From: Eledone cirrhosa
Taxonomy: Eukaryota
DNA length: 64,000 bases
Assembly (NCBI GenBank): GCA_964016885.1
Contig: OZ024750.1
Coordinates: 8,370,001-8,434,000, forward strand
Reading direction: 5' to 3'
Shown here: positions 39,230 through 54,770 of the stretch, one piece after another
Position numbering within the stretch: the first letter of the stretch is position 1
Layout: every line of letters starts with the position of its first letter
The notes under the pieces: generated by a model
What the model saw: only the letters and a program-made list of their open reading frames with translations
Database searches by the model: none
What the model was told of the DNA's origin: nothing
Program-made: the position numbers and the translations under genes

Positions 39230-39389
39230 AATATGGTTTTATAAATATAGTTTCCATTTATTTAATATCGTATATATATATACATATATATGTGTGTGTA
39301 ATATAACTTCTATATATATAGAATGTAACTTCAATATATATATATATATATGTGTGTAATATAACTTCTATATATATAGAATGTAACTT

Positions 39390-39440
<51 letters not shown>

Positions 39441-39898
39441 CATATAAAATGTATAAAGATATTAAGCCCACACACCGTGTGTGAAACTGTATTGAATATT
39501 GCATAATATACATTTATTGATAGATGTGTGCGTGTGTGTATGGGTTAGTGGCTAGAGCATTGGGCTTGCAATTGAGAAGTTGTGAGTTCGATTCTCGGAC
39601 CAGGTGATACACTGTTCCTGAGACACTTTATTTCACGTTTCTCTAGTTCACTCGTATATGTATATAGGTGTATGTATGTATGTATTATCTATATATTTGT
39701 GAGTGTATGTATGTATGTATATAGGTGTGAGTGTATGTATGTATGTATTATCTATATATGTGTGAGTGTATGTATGTATGTATTATGTATATAAGTGTGA
39801 GTGTGTGTATGTATGTGTTATGTATATAGGTGTGAGTGTGTGTATGTATATATATGTGAGTGTGTGTATGTATGTATGTATTATGTATATAAGTGTGA

Positions 39899-39948
<50 letters not shown>

Positions 39949-42900
39949 CATATGTGAGACTCTCCTGGATGTTGAAAACTCTCCTGAAGTATTTTTCCTC
40001 AGTTTTATTCTGGATGAAAATTTTGCGGAAGGGTTTTTTAGTAATGAAATAATGATAATGATGATATGACTGTGATGATGATGATTATCATCATGATGAT
40101 GACGATGACGATGATGATGATGATGACGACATCAATAACGATGATATCGAATCATTTTAAACACAATGTTTCTTCATTAAACAAAGAAAATGATATACAT
40201 AAAATATGGAGAGAAATACGAAAGTAGAAGCTATAAGATCAAAATGGAGTTTGGTGAAAGATTGGTGTATTATCTAAATAAGTCTGGTGAACAAACTTTC
40301 CAATAATTAGTAGCAGAATGGAATTAAATTATCAATGAAGCAAATAACAGATTTCATCTCTCTCTCTCTGTCTATATATATATATATATATATATCATCA
40401 TCATCATCATCATTTTACGTCCGCTCTTCCCTGCTCGCAAGGGTGGGACGGGTCTTATTCAGCACAGCATCTCTCCACCCGTCTTGGTCCTTCGTCATCA
40501 TATATATATATATATATATATATATCTTTCTCTCTCTCTTTCTGTCTTCCCACATCTTTCTCTTTGCCCCTCCCCACATCTCTCTCTCTGACTTCCCTAC
40601 TCTCTCTCTATCTGTCCATCCCTCTTTCTCTCTCTCTATCTGTCCATCCCTCTTTCTCTCTCTCTCTCTCTCTATTATAGTCAAACTCTCAACATTAATT
40701 GGTAGGAAATATAAATAGATAAATTATTTTTGATTGTCCTGATTAATCACTGACCCTATCTTCAGCTCATATATAATCTATACTAGATCACGGCTCACAT
40801 ATCTAAGACACTAACATCTTCTACTACATCTATACTGGAGTCTATATATTGTGCTGTGCTCATGCTTAAAAATCAACCAATAACATTACACAAAATCGAG
40901 TTGCAGCCATCATGTATTTGTGTATGTATGTAAGAACTCATGAGTCAACAGTTATCCAAAAATGTGTAAATATGTATATACTTATGTAAATACATGCATG
41001 CATGTGTATGTATATGCGTGGCAACAGAAATAATTGGGCTGGATACCCGATTACGTGGTTAAACCACTGGGAGTGAAGGACTCCTAGCCTTTGTCAGTGC
41101 ATTCTTCTAGGAGAAAGCAACTCAGGAAACTGAGATAACTCCGACATAAAACCTGCGGCTCAGTAACTGATGATGTTAATCGTTTCTTCTTTTCAGGTTA
41201 TAGCTACTATCGCTCAGAGAGTGGGATTGGCTCAGTGCACAGTCTTTCCTCACTTTAAAAAATATCTTCACGCACGGGCATTGCACGATAGAATTAATTA
41301 ATAATTATTAATAATTGTATATCGTGCAATGGCCATACTCGATAATGAGGGGGCAGCCATTATGTATGTATAAATCCATAACAGCTGGTGGAATTGTAGG
41401 AGTGCCATAGTATCATACAGCATTTCTTGGGCATTTTGTAAACCTGGTGGAACCCATACCCTTTCCAGGTCTGAACAAAGCCTATTTCTTCCAGAGAGAG
41501 GGAGTGAGAGAGAGGGGGGTGAGTGAGTGATCTATCACTCACTCTATAGCTAATTCTATAGCTAATTCAGAAAAGTGGGAAAGAAATATAGAGAAAGAAA
41601 TGGCCCCTGTCATGAAAGGATGAAAGCAAAGTTGACCTCAGTGCGATTTGAACTCGGAGAGCAGGAATTAATACTGCAAAGCATTTTATCCAATGTTCTA
41701 TCCAAAGCATTGTCTGATGTTCAATTAGTTGCCTATATAATGCTGGTACAAAATGCTAAATTAAGCTCAAAATCCTGTAGTAGAAGAATTTCTATAGCTA
41801 ATTCAGAGCAAGGAAATTTCCAGTTAGGGGAAAATGGGATTAGAGAGAAAATAGAAAGATAAATGAGATTTAAATATAAACAGATTGAAGGACAGTCAGA
41901 ATATAGAAAGAGGATCAAGTGGAATCAGCAGTTAAATAAACAAGGCCAGCAATTTTTGATGGGAGGGGAAAGTTGATTAAATCGACCCCAGTGTATTACT
42001 GGTGCTTTATTTTATCGACTTTGTAAGGATGAAAGGCAAAGCAGGTTCAGTCCTTTATTGAACTCAGAACGTAAAGGGCCATAACTCTATGCCATGAAGC
42101 ATGGTGTTCGATGCTCTATTGATTACTGCTGATCTACCATCATCCTAGTTAAAGACACAAGGAAATAATCAAGAGAATCACTGGCAAATTTGAAAAATGA
42201 GAAACAAAATAAAGATCAGGAAAGAACAACATTATTGGAAGATTGCTTTGAGTTCTTCATGTGACTAATTCAGAAGGCCAAGTGTAGATGCCAAGATAAG
42301 CCCTGAAAAAATATCGAGTGAACTAAATATTCTGGTTACCATACTTTCTTTAGATTATTCAGTTATTCATAACTTTTCTTCTGTTTTTTTTTTTATTATT
42401 AATGTGTCCATCATATCTGACATTCTCAACCAATTCAAAGATTCTCTTCACTGTATGGGATAAATGCTATCCCACATCTTCACAGCAGGAGTTTTTAATG
42501 TGATGATAGAATATTGATGTGATTTTTCCTTCCCCAGTAGAACATTAGTGAAAACCTCCATCAATATTGTATCTGTTCTTTTGACTGACTATGATGCTCA
42601 GGTTATTTCTGCCTAGTCAAAGTTGCAAATTTGCCCATGACCAATGTAGAGGCTTAACTTTTAGCTCATTTGTAAGTGTTATGACACGGATATTTCCCAT
42701 GACATTATCAGTATATTTTAATCAACCTTGGATATTAGCTATGTTCTCAACAACTTGTGAGATCTAATAAGGTTAAAACATATATTTAACTGTTGTCTTG
42801 CCAGCTAAGGAAAATTGAGTTTTCTGCAAATTTAATTTTTAATTATGTGAAATTAACTTCCCTTTTCTTTGAACACTGGTAACATTTGGTTTTTTGTTTT

Positions 42901-44531
42901 CATTTTCCAACTAAGAGGCAAATTTCATTAAATTGATTAAACAATTTTTTCATCCTGAATTATGAAACTATACACACATATCTGTGTGTGTGTGAGTGTA
43001 AGTGTGTGTGCACACCTGTGCCTGTGGGTAAGTGTGTGTATGTGTGCATGCACACTGGATACCATCATCATCATTTAACATCTATTTTTTCCACACTTGC
43101 ATGGGTTAGACAAGTTGTTGCACTATGGGACAAGTCAGGTCTGGAAACCACATCATGCTCATACGGATATGTATTTTGACTTGGTTTCTACAGCTGGATG
43201 CCCTTTCTAAGACCAACCACATTATCATGGCATTAAAACGACCACCTAATAGGGTGAACTGGGTGCTTTTTGTCATCTCACCAGCACCTTACTGTTGATT
43301 TTGTATTTCATCATGTTAGAAATCAAACAAAACAGTTATCAGTCAAAAACTAAGACCAATTAAATAGCTATTACTATTCTCCAACATAAAAAATATGGCC
43401 TAGGGCTTATGCTAAATAATAATCATTTCTGCATAATGATCATTTCTAAATTTGGCACAAGGCCAGTAATTTGAAGGGGAGGAGAAAGTCAATTAAATCG
43501 ACCCCAGTGCATGACTAGTACTTTATTTTATCAGCCCCATAAGGATGAAAGGCAAAGCTAACCTTGGCAGGATTTGAACTTAGATTGCAAAGGGCCATAA
43601 CTGAATGCCACAAAGCATATTGTCTGACGCTCTACCGATACTGTCAATCCACCACCCTCTACCTATCCACCACCTGCCTAAAATTAATAATAAAAAAAAC
43701 CTTTATATTAATACAATTGTTTGTAACTATGTAACTATTTATTGTTTGTACATGTCAGGCTAAAGAGAATAACTCCAACGGCAAAAGAAAGAAGCTGTTG
43801 ATAGTGAAGATGGTAATAGTAATGTTAGTGCTGCTAATGGTAAAAGTGGAGGGAAAGAGATTGAGAGATATGAAAAGTTAGAGGACAAGAAGGGAAAAGA
43901 GAGAACGAGAAAAGAAGTGTTGAGGGATATATAATGGTGGAAGTGGTGGTGAAGTCATTTCTGTCTATTTCTGCTATTGGTAACCATTGTAATAGTAACA
44001 AAGGTGGCAACATTGAAGATGATAATGGTAAATGACGGTCATGCTAGTGATGTTTATCTGTTGAACAATTAACTGATACTTGAATTTTAAAAAAATGTTA
44101 ACTGCAATTCAGTTATTTTCATTTCATCCACTTCATGCCCATTGGCACATGGCATGATTTCAAGAAATCATCATCTAATTGTATCCTCTGTCATTATGAA
44201 GGTAGTCTCAAAGGACAGCTCTTTATCTATAGTTCAATGCTATGTTTCTTAAGGTATACCTCGTATTGTTTTCTTTCCTTGTAACTCCGAGCAAAGATCT
44301 GTTTTCAATAGCAAGTTGAACATCATACAATAAACATGCTGAAGCCACTTCTATCAACATGCCAGTATTAGGTCCTGTACGGTTCTGTGGTTCAAATCCT
44401 CATTTCCCAATGTTTGGTGAAATATTTCCAGGATTCATCAGAGACAGTTTGAAATACACCTAGTTTCTGTTTGGTAGATCCAGCATATTGATCAGATCTA
44501 GATTAACTTATTTAGAGTCTCTCAGCGCCAT

Positions 44532-44650
<119 letters not shown>

Positions 44651-45889
44651 CAAATGACAAATGCATTTAATTTGAATAGAATGGTGTTCCTGTTTCCTTG
44701 ATGCACTAAGCATGTTATTATTTTGGTCAATGTTTAATCCAGCCCAGATTACAAGACATGCAAGAACACATTGAAAAATCTTGTTCTTGAAAATTCCTTG
44801 CTTTGTTTGAATGTTGAAACTGGAAGATAATTATAATGATGTTGATAGAATATTTTATTTTACTGGGTGGTGGTTGTGAGGAGTGTGGGTTGTGTATCCA
44901 TTTACTTAATGTCCAATGTGTTTATCTATTTATGTAAAATATATATATAAATTATAAATACATACTTAAATACAGAGAATTATCATAGTTGTTTAATGTC
45001 TGTAAAGTATTTGTTATGAAATCAATAATATAGATACAAATACACAATGTTTTGTGGAAAATATTTATCAATTTAATTTACCCCTTCTTCTTGTCTTCTT
45101 CTTGCTCTTGCTCGGCGAGGCTCGAGTCAACCTAGGCCAGCAATCACAAAGCATCATCGTGCATAGAGACGGTACAATTTAGCCCCAGCACAAATAAAAT
45201 ACTTTTCAAGAACAATTTACTCCAGAACTTGAAAAGTATTTTATTTTATCAACCCTTGTATTGATCTAAAACAAAATCAACTTCAGTGGGGTTTGAACTC
45301 AAAATGTAAAGAGACATAACTACTGTAAAATATTTTATCCATAACTTTATTGATTTTTTTCCAAGCCATCAATAATTGTTTCTACTTTTGGCACAAGGCC
45401 AGCAATTATCCAGTGCATTACTGGTACTTTATTTTATCGACCCCGTAAGGATGAAAGGCAAAGTTAACCTCGGCGGGATTTGAACTCAAACCATAAAGGG
45501 GCGTAACTCTTTGCTGCAAAGCATAGCGTCAGACCCTCTACCGATACTGCCATCAATAATACCAGTCATCAATGGACTAATTCCTTTTCACACCAGTTGT
45601 TGTTGAGAACTCCAATGTCCTCAGTCTCCAGAGGGAAGCATTTCTGTGCTAAATTGGGATGACATCACAGCTGAAGAAGAAGCCATGTGAGGAGAAGGAA
45701 TTGATGTAACAGATATCACTGGTTATTCTTCATAGCAACACTTTTACCATCTTGTCTGTGAGACATCATTATCATTAACATCATACTTCTATTTTCCATG
45801 CTGGTATGGGTTGGATGGGTTATTATAGTGCAGGTCTTGCTCATATATTTCATATTTTGGCTGGATGTCTTTCAGAATGCCATTTTATT

Positions 45890-46168
45890 ATGTGACACCA
45901 GCATTACCATATTACAATGTGTACAAGTTGCATTTTATCATGGCATCAGTACTACCATTTTACCATGTGTATGTACAGGGTGCATTTTATCATGGTTTCA
46001 CTACTACCACTTTACCATGTGTTCAGGGTGCATTTCACCATGGCACCAGCACTACCACTTTACCATGTGTTCAGGGTGCATTTTATCATGGCACCAGTAT
46101 TACCACTTTACAAAGTGTATTAAGTGTATTTATCATAGCACCAGCACTACCACTTTACAGAGTGTACT
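45890..46168. repeat. ~48-bp tandem repeat related to the RTE 3' UTR
   Basis: GGGTGCATTTTATCATGGCACCAGTACTACCACTTTACCATGTGTTCA units, about 5 copies. Confidence 0.85.
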
Positions 46169-47866
46169 AATCTACAAAATTAAAATGTCCTCTCAACCTT
46201 ATACTGCCTCCATTAGTTGAGATATGTTCTTCAACAGAGGAACCTTTTCATTCCTGTTTTTTGTTGTATGTATTAAAAAAATAATTGTTTCTACTTTTGG
46301 CACAAGGCCAGCAATTATCCCAGTACATTACTGGTACTTTATTTTATCGACCCCATAAGGATGAAAGGCAAAGTTAACCTCGGCAGGATTTGAACTCAGA
46401 ACGTAAAGGGACGAAACTATGCTGTAAAGCATGGCGTCTGATCCTCTATCGATACTGCCAATCATAAATTACTTTTAAAAAAATAAAAAAAAAATTATTA
46501 AAGTTTGAAAAATAACTGAATGTTTATTTTATAGCTTCCTTTCATTGTTTATTTATATACAGTAATTAAAGTAGATAGTGCATCTTATATTTAATAAATA
46601 ATGTAGTATTCATGATAATATATTACATTGCTTGATATTTATATAAAATATCTGTTATTAAAATCCTGATATGATAATTTGTTGAAGATATTATTAAATA
46701 TGTTCATCAGAGTATGGTATAGTCTGGAAGTTAAATAGTTCTCTTCACAACCACATGGCTGGTTAATTTTATATATTTGGACCTCGAATAATCGTCCCCC
46801 TATCCCCACTTATTAATTTTTCCAATTTCTTCTAAACCCCCGCCCATTCCTGCGTATTATATTTTGCTAATCTATCTCTTGCGAAATTTTATTTTTTAGT
46901 GGAAGCATTCCTGCAATAATTAATTTCCTGTAGACATTAAAAAAACATTATACATGACAAAAAAAGTACATTATTAGAAATCCCATATGTTATAAAATAA
47001 ATAGGATGGGTTGCGGTCTCAATATGTAAACTAAACGACTAATTCTGGTTTTTATAAAAAATCAAGGGTGACAATCTAAAAAAAAATGTCCAATCTTATG
47101 ATCGTAAGTCTTACCACTAGGCCATGCATCTCCACTGTTATAGTAATATTATATAAAAAAAAGAGTAAGAAAGGAATAGTCCTACATCACTGTCAATGGT
47201 GAGTGTTTCAGTTGTTGAATCAATGGAACAGCCTACTCATGAAATTAACATGTAAGTGGCTGAGTATTCCACAGACATGTGGGAGATATCAGGAAGATTC
47301 AGTATGATGGTGTGGTGACAAGGCTAGCTTTTTTAATTATAGACAGTCCATTTGTCGAGTTTCCAAACAGCTTCTATTTATCCAACACAATTCCACTTAC
47401 AAGGTATGGGTTGACCCAAGAATATAATAAATGACACTTGCCCAAGATGAAACACACAATATAGTAAAGATAGCCATTGTTTTTGTTTTTTTTACAAAAG
47501 AAATCTATATTTTTAGCATGATCTTTGAATGCATGGGACTTTGATCTTATCAAAAACTATTCTGTATATTATCACACACCAACTATGACCTGCTTTGGAT
47601 TTTTGCTCTTCTTTTCTCATTTTTTATTATCATCTTTTTATCTATTGTTTGTTTTATTGATATAAACACTAGCCAATGACAGAAAAGAACAACATGTCAT
47701 GTCGATAACTGTTCTTTCTTGTCTCAGCTTAGAGCTTATAATAACTAATATCACTTTACATTGTAAAGAAATATTCTTGCCAGTTCTTTCATTCCTACTG
47801 TTTGTTATTTCATTTAACCTGTATTTATATATTTATATATATTTAATTTCCTTATATATCTTTCAG

Positions 47867-48036
47867 AATCTCTTCAGAAAGTGACTCGTTGGCCGTCCCC
47901 TTGTACAGGTGATGGGAGCAATTTTGGCGGTGCTGCTGATCTTAGTGGAAGTGGATCCTCTTTAGAGAAGCGTTCTAGCCATTCCGTTTCCCGATTCAAA
48001 AAGATTTCCAATAAATTGAATTTAAAATTTAAATGA
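47867..48036 (+). CDS. PLCE1: PLC-epsilon probable last coding exon (ESLQKVTRWPSP...SRFKKISNKLNLKFK*)
   Basis: Pyrimidine tract and tttcag; phase-1 start fits the previous exon; GC-richer coding-like island ending at TGA 48034-48036. Confidence 0.75.
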
Positions 48037-49106
48037 AAGCTTCATTTAGAATGCAAAAATTTACCAAACTATTATATAATAGAGAGAAAAGGCTGATGGT
48101 GATGGCGACTATGATGGTGATGTCAAAGATGATGAAAATGTTGATGATGCCGATGATAACGACAATGAAATTGATGATGATGATGATGATGAATATATTG
48201 TAATAATGCCTTCATTGAAAGAAGACATTTCGAAATATATTTCCAAATATATTGTCACAGACATACCAGCTTGTATTTATTTTGATTTCATCTACATGTA
48301 CATACAAACATGCATGTGTATGTATATGTGTGTAAAGTGGATGCAAGTTGGTACGCTATATTACAAATCCTATGCAAAGGAAATGGTTTTATTTCTCTAC
48401 AAACACCAATGCCACTACTATTATTACTAATATTACTACTACTACTACTACTACTAGTAGTAATAGTAGAAGTATGACTATTATAACTACTTCTATTAGT
48501 ACATTTACTGTTACTAACTACGACCACTACTACGACCAACAAAAACACTAGGACCACCATGACCAGATTTTCTGTCTTCTGATGTGGACATTTTCATATT
48601 GGTAGGATTGCAGAATAAAAAGAAAAAGAAAAAGAAATAAAAGAAGAAGAAAACAGAAAAATGGGAGGGGTCCTTTACAAATGTTCAAATGTTCAAAAAA
48701 ATTGTTCAAATGTTGTTAAAAAGAGTATCTTTTTTTTTTTTTTTTTTCCACCAGAAAGGAACAAAGCAACAAAGCAATGTTCCATAGAGGAATGATGTGC
48801 TAATTCCATTCCGTGAAGTCATGTGAAAGCCATGAAAAATCATAAGAAGGAAATTATTAAAAGACTTTGAATATAATTTAATATTCTGATAATCCAGTGA
48901 ACTGCACAGAGTAGCAGGAGTTAAAGGCAGTATTCGTGCAGAGATGCACATCATTTGTTACTTGGAAATGAGCTACTACATATATGTATATCGATAGATA
49001 TATGGCTCTTCCATGATATAACATATATATATATATATAAATAAATATATATACATATATATGTACATATATATGCATATATATATACATATAAATATAT
49101 ATATTA

Positions 49107-49137
<31 letters not shown>

Positions 49138-49404
49138 GCATTTACATGCATAAACACGTACACACAGATATACACACACACATTCTCACACGTGTGTGTG
49201 CATGTGTGTATATATACATATATAAATGTATATATATACATATGTATATGGTGTGTGCGTGCAAGTGTGTGTGTCTGTACAAAACTCATTGTAAATAACC
49301 TGATATGTATACATGATAAATACATAAAACAAATGTCAGTATTAGCTAGAAATATATTAATATTTATGGTTTTTGTTATAAATATGTGTATATTCATATA
49401 CTTG

Positions 49405-49443
<39 letters not shown>

Positions 49444-49618
49444 ATGCATGTGCATATACATATGTGTATATATATATTTATATATATATATATATGCATG
49501 TGCATATACATATGTGTATATATATATTTATATATATATATATGCATGTGCATATACATATGTGTATATATATATTTATATATATATATATATATATGCA
49601 TGTGCATATACATATGTG

Positions 49619-49653
<35 letters not shown>

Positions 49654-49764
49654 GTATATATATACACACATATATATATATATGTATATTACATTATATA
49701 TATTCATTTATTAATTTATAAATGTATTATTATTACTAAATTGATATATACATATGTATATATA

Positions 49765-49806
<42 letters not shown>

Positions 49807-50628
49807 CACATATATATTCTTTGCATATCACGAGAATCATAAAAGAATACAGGATGAAAGAGAAAGAAGACGAAAACAATACGAAAAATAGAAAGAAAAA
49901 AAAGACAGACAGCTGTGTGCAAAAAAATATATATAATGAAATAATAATAATAATGATAATTATGTTTGTAAATGTATTTACCTTTTAACTATTTTTAAAA
50001 GTAATCCATTACCTATCAATATTGATCTTTACAAATCACCCATATAGAACCAAGTGAAATGATTTTATTTTATTTTAATTTATTTTTATTTTTAATTTAT
50101 TTATTTATTTTTTTTGTTCTGATTGCAACAATGCTCATTCTTACTGCATATCCAGCCACATACACCATAAGTACTACAACAACTACGCAGCAAAATGATA
50201 AAGATTATTATGATGGTGATGATGATGATGATGAAATAATAATAACAATAATAATAATAATAATAATAATAATAATTGAATAAATAAATAAGTTTAAAAT
50301 AATCCCCCCGATTCTGAAAATATACCGATTGATCTTATGTAAATTTAAAAAAATAACTTAAATTATTTGGATTTTTTATTCATAAATTCGATAAATTTAT
50401 TTCTATTTATATCGAGTAATGAAATAAAAAAAAATGTAATTGAATCAATTTGAATTGAATTATTAACAATAAATGTGAGTCCGCTAACAAATTAGGGTTT
50501 ATTCGATAAAATAAGACACAGAATGCTGGCTCTGTTGGCTGCCTAAAATAACTAAGAACTGCATCATGTAGCTAAGGAAATATATGTCAGTTGAATTTCT
50601 CGTATTATGCATGTATGTATATCTTTAA

Positions 50629-50841
50629 CCCATTAGCATTTAAACCAGCCATATCTGGCCAGAATTCCCTTGCCTCTTTCTATTCAAACTGGCTGTAACC
50701 AGCCACTCATACAGATGTTAAGGTATTGTTCTCAAAATAAATAATATCAAAATCTCATATATTCGATATTATGTGAGATAATTTGTGAGGTTTACCATGA
50801 AATTATAATAGTAAATATAGAGTAATGAAAACGCTAAATGG
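50629..50841. mobile_element. piggyBac-like MITE
   Basis: TTAA/CCCATTAGCATTT...AACGCTAAATGG/TTAA; same body. Confidence 0.82.
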
Positions 50842-51324
50842 TTAAACAATGTTATTTACAAAGGCCTGCCATCAACATTTACAGAGTACGGAGTTAAATA
50901 AGGACGATGAAAAAAAAAATATATAGGGGTTTCTTATTGAATCAAGGCCACAAATTTGTAACAGAAAAGGGTACAGGAAATTGAAATAATTTGATCCACC
51001 ACCACCACAACTACCACAACCACCACCAACATCACTTCTTTAGTTTTTCTTCTTTTTTTTTAACTAAATCTAACCTTAAAACATTCATTGCAGATTCATT
51101 CTGAACAGGATTTGAACTCAGAAAATCAAGATACCAAATTAAACTTAAAGACATTTAGTCTAGCTCATTACCATTTCTACTATTATTGCCATGTTCATTT
51201 TAAAGAATTACCAAATTATATATATATATATATATATATTACTAAAAATATTTAGCATATTTATTATGTCTTATATTGATCATGTTTTTAAATATTTCTT
51301 TCACAATAACAGGAATAATAATAA

Positions 51325-51620
51325 TAATTGTTTCTACTTTTGGCACAAGGCCAGCAATTACCCAGTATATTACTGGTACTTTATTTTATCGACAATAATA
51401 ATAATAATAATAATAGATTTCTAGTATAGGCACAAGGCCAGTAATTTATGAGGAAGGGGGGGGTGATGAAATCGATCCCCAGTACGTTCCTGGTGCTTTA
51501 TTTTATCGAACCCCATAAGGATGAAAGGCAAAGTTAACTTCGGCGAGATTTAAACTCAGAACGTAGAGGGCCATAACTCTGTGCTGCAAAGCATGTTGTC
51601 TGATGCTTTACTGATACTGC
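51325..51620 (-). mobile_element. Two SINE copies
   Basis: Same consensus. Confidence 0.85.
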
Positions 51621-51907
51621 CTACCAACAACAATAAATAAAAAAGAGGTAAAAAATAAACTGGGGCTGGCTCAGCATAGCTGAATTAGCCATTAAACAAA
51701 ATAAGTACATACTTAGGGCATCAAGGAAAGAGGGGCAGACTTTATATAGGGCGCACTATAATCTTTTAAGTGCTAAAGGCTTCAAAAGGACTTAATTTGG
51801 CTCTAAGGCTAGTTTTGGTGCCACTGCATAGTACCTTGGGCAGATATGCCACACATTGGCCAATAACTTGTGAGTGGAATTTGATTGGTGGAAACTTTGC
51901 AAAAGCC

Positions 51908-51946
<39 letters not shown>

Positions 51947-52046
51947 ATATAAATAAATATATATAAATATATATAAATTGGTGTGTGTAAAATACTTACA
52001 ACTGCTTTAGGTTTTGTGTTTACATAACCATAAATAGTATAACTAA

Positions 52047-52120
<74 letters not shown>

Positions 52121-52442
52121 ATGTATCCAGGGCTGATATGACTAACCTCATTGAAAGTGATGTCCCAGCACAATCGCAGTCAAATGACTGAAACTACTAA
52201 AATAATATTGTAAAATATTTTTTTTATTTCTAATCTTATTCATCTCCGACATTTAGACATAGACATAAAAAAAAGTATATTGACAAATTGGCATTCCTTA
52301 ATGAAATCTAATGTATTTTTCCTTGGTAAAAATTAGATATAGTTGAAAGGATCCCTTTATGCTATGCAGTAAGATCCCATTCTGTTACCCCATTTAAAAT
52401 TCCATTTGAAACCAACTCAAATGTCTGGTACTCTTTGAAAGC

Positions 52443-52640
52443 GGTAGGTTTGTAGAATCGGTAGAGTGTCAGACAACATGCTTAGCAGCATAGAGTTACT
52501 GCCTTTTACATTCTGAGTACAAATCCCATCGAGGTTAGCATTGCCTTTTATCCATACAGGGTTGATAAAATAAAGTACCAGTAATGCACTGGGGTCAATT
52601 TAATCGTCTTTCCGTTTCCCCCAAAATTGTTGGCTTTGTG
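52443..52640 (+). mobile_element. tRNA SINE, plus orientation (others at ~53805-53955 and ~55478-55710)
   Basis: TTGCCTTTTATCCATACAGGGTTGATAAAATAAAGTACCAG on plus. Confidence 0.85.
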
Positions 52641-54729
52641 CCTAAAGCAGAAACCATTATTGGTACTTGTGTTCTAAGACAAAGAGTAGATGTCATACAA
52701 TATTATACCCCCATTCCTCTACCCCCACTCAATAAATCCATAGCCTTCAACCTATTTACAATGCCAGTATTCATTTAATTGAAATGAGCTTCCACAATTG
52801 CTGCCTACATTGCATTCAAAGCTACAATCTACACTCTAGGTAAATCTCCTCCAAAGCTGTTTCTTTCCACTCCACCAGGTTCGCTGCCACACATAAACAC
52901 ATACTTACATATCAAGTGTGAAAGTACTGCTGGTTGCTTCAAACCAACAAAGTTGGTGAAGCCAGCAATGAGATGGTGCTACTGTTGCACTAGCAGACAT
53001 CCTAAATCACACTCAGATTGACATAAATTTGCTCTCCAAAACACTTCAAACTCTAGCTCAAAAGCAAGCTATCTCTCCTCTCTGTATTTTCTGCTGTTGA
53101 TACTACATTAGCTGATCTTTTGCCATCTCTACTCATCTCATCACCTCTATTGTATCCCCCATCCCTGAAGCACTACACAAACCACTATGACCAGACCTTC
53201 CTTCCTGTAAATCATCTGTCTAGATTTCACCTCCTGCAGATTCTTCCTGTAGTTGTCACTTTTATATAAATAATAGTCTGATTAAATATTGAACTCAGAA
53301 ATACAGTCAACATTTTGCATCCATCAAGATACTACTTGCTTTGCTTGCTTTATTTGAATACATTTTCTCACTAAATACAGTTTCTGATGTAGATATCATA
53401 ACAAATAAAACAATGTTTGTTATTAAATCTGTAGCAAGTGAAGTTCTGAGCTTTCACTGTTCCATTTGTATGATCTTATAACACATTCATATATATTAAC
53501 TTCTTGTAGTATAAAACTTTCAGAAAATGCCAGAAAGTTTGAAATATTTAAGGTCCAGATCTGTATTTAAAAAAATGTTGTTATTGTTTTCTAGTTTCAA
53601 TCATTGAACTACAGTTATGCTGGGTTACTACCACTTTCAAGAGTTTAGTTAGTTATATAAACCCCATTACTTTATCTGGTACTTATTTCATTGTTCTCAA
53701 AAGATATAAATTGCTGGGGATGGGGAGTGAGAGGTATTGACATATGGGGAGATAACTAGGTGATATTTAAAATAGCTTAATCTCAAATTAGTATCCATAT
53801 TATAGGCTGCGAATTAGCACAATTGTTAGAACATCAGATAGAATGCATTGCGGTATTCATTCCAGCTTTCTGAGTTCAAATCCCGTTGAGGTCAACTTTG
53901 CCTTTCATCCTTGTGAGGTTGATAAAAAAGTACTAGTCTACTACTGGCGTCAATTCTTCCTCTATATGTTTTTCTCACTTCCCCTCTCTCATTTTCTCTC
54001 CTTCTCTGGAAAAAATCTGCTGTACTCGGGCCTGGAGAGGAGATAGGCTCTGCCAGGTTTTAAAAAATGCCCAAGAAACGCTTTATATCAATACAGCTCT
54101 CTTATGACTCCCTCAAGAGTTATAGGAGAGAAAGAAGAAAAATCCATACAATTGTTGTTGGCAGTATTCCAGATCCTGTTCAGATTGAGACATTTTTATT
54201 TGTCAAAGTATTATAGAGTAAGCGTCAGAAAAGATGAGTATCCCAAGCTACCAATGGAATATATATGAACAAAAAAGCTAATGAACTTGGCTCTATTTCT
54301 CATTATGGATAGAGCTACGTCAGCTTAAAATGAAGGCTGTGACTGCACAAGAAGTAAAAATGTTTAGATTGCCAAACTAACATGTTATATGCCATTGTGT
54401 GAGAGTATAGATATTAAAACAAATTATCTACATTTCTAATAATAATCATATATAAATTTTCTAAAAAATCATTAAAAATAGAAAACAGAACTAAATATAT
54501 AATTTCAGCTATATTTTAAAAATGTAAAGTGGGTGCTAATATAATTATTGTAGTGAGCCAAGATATTTTAATTAATTGAAATCACACTTGTAGTGAGAAG
54601 AGACAATCATTGTCTTAATGATTAATTTTATTCAAGAGAAGCAGGGGAGACAACCCTAGAATTGAAATTAATTAATTAAAAATAATATGCAATGAGATGT
54701 GACTCTAATCTTTGGCAGTACGGTGACAA

Positions 54730-54770
54730 CTCCGGACATGTTTTGGTCTTATAGGACTTCATCAGAGAAG
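54730..54770 (-). ncRNA. Decayed hammerhead motif
   Basis: CTTCT-CTGATGA-aGTC[ctataa]GACc-AAAA(for GAAA)-CATG-TC/CGGAG; palindromic ACATGT stem III; core G mutated. Confidence 0.4.

Larger units (their letters stand above)
38876..39272. mobile_element. Penelope-like terminal fragment with fold-back inverted duplication
   Basis: Perfect inverted repeat 38961-39108 / 39125-39272 with 16-bp spacer; inserted in (TA)n inside a minisatellite. Confidence 0.6.

Noticed and set aside
43759-43812. AG...GT-bounded 54-nt segment as an extra PLCE1 exon
   Set aside because: Open only in phase 0; the required phase 1 gives an immediate TAA.
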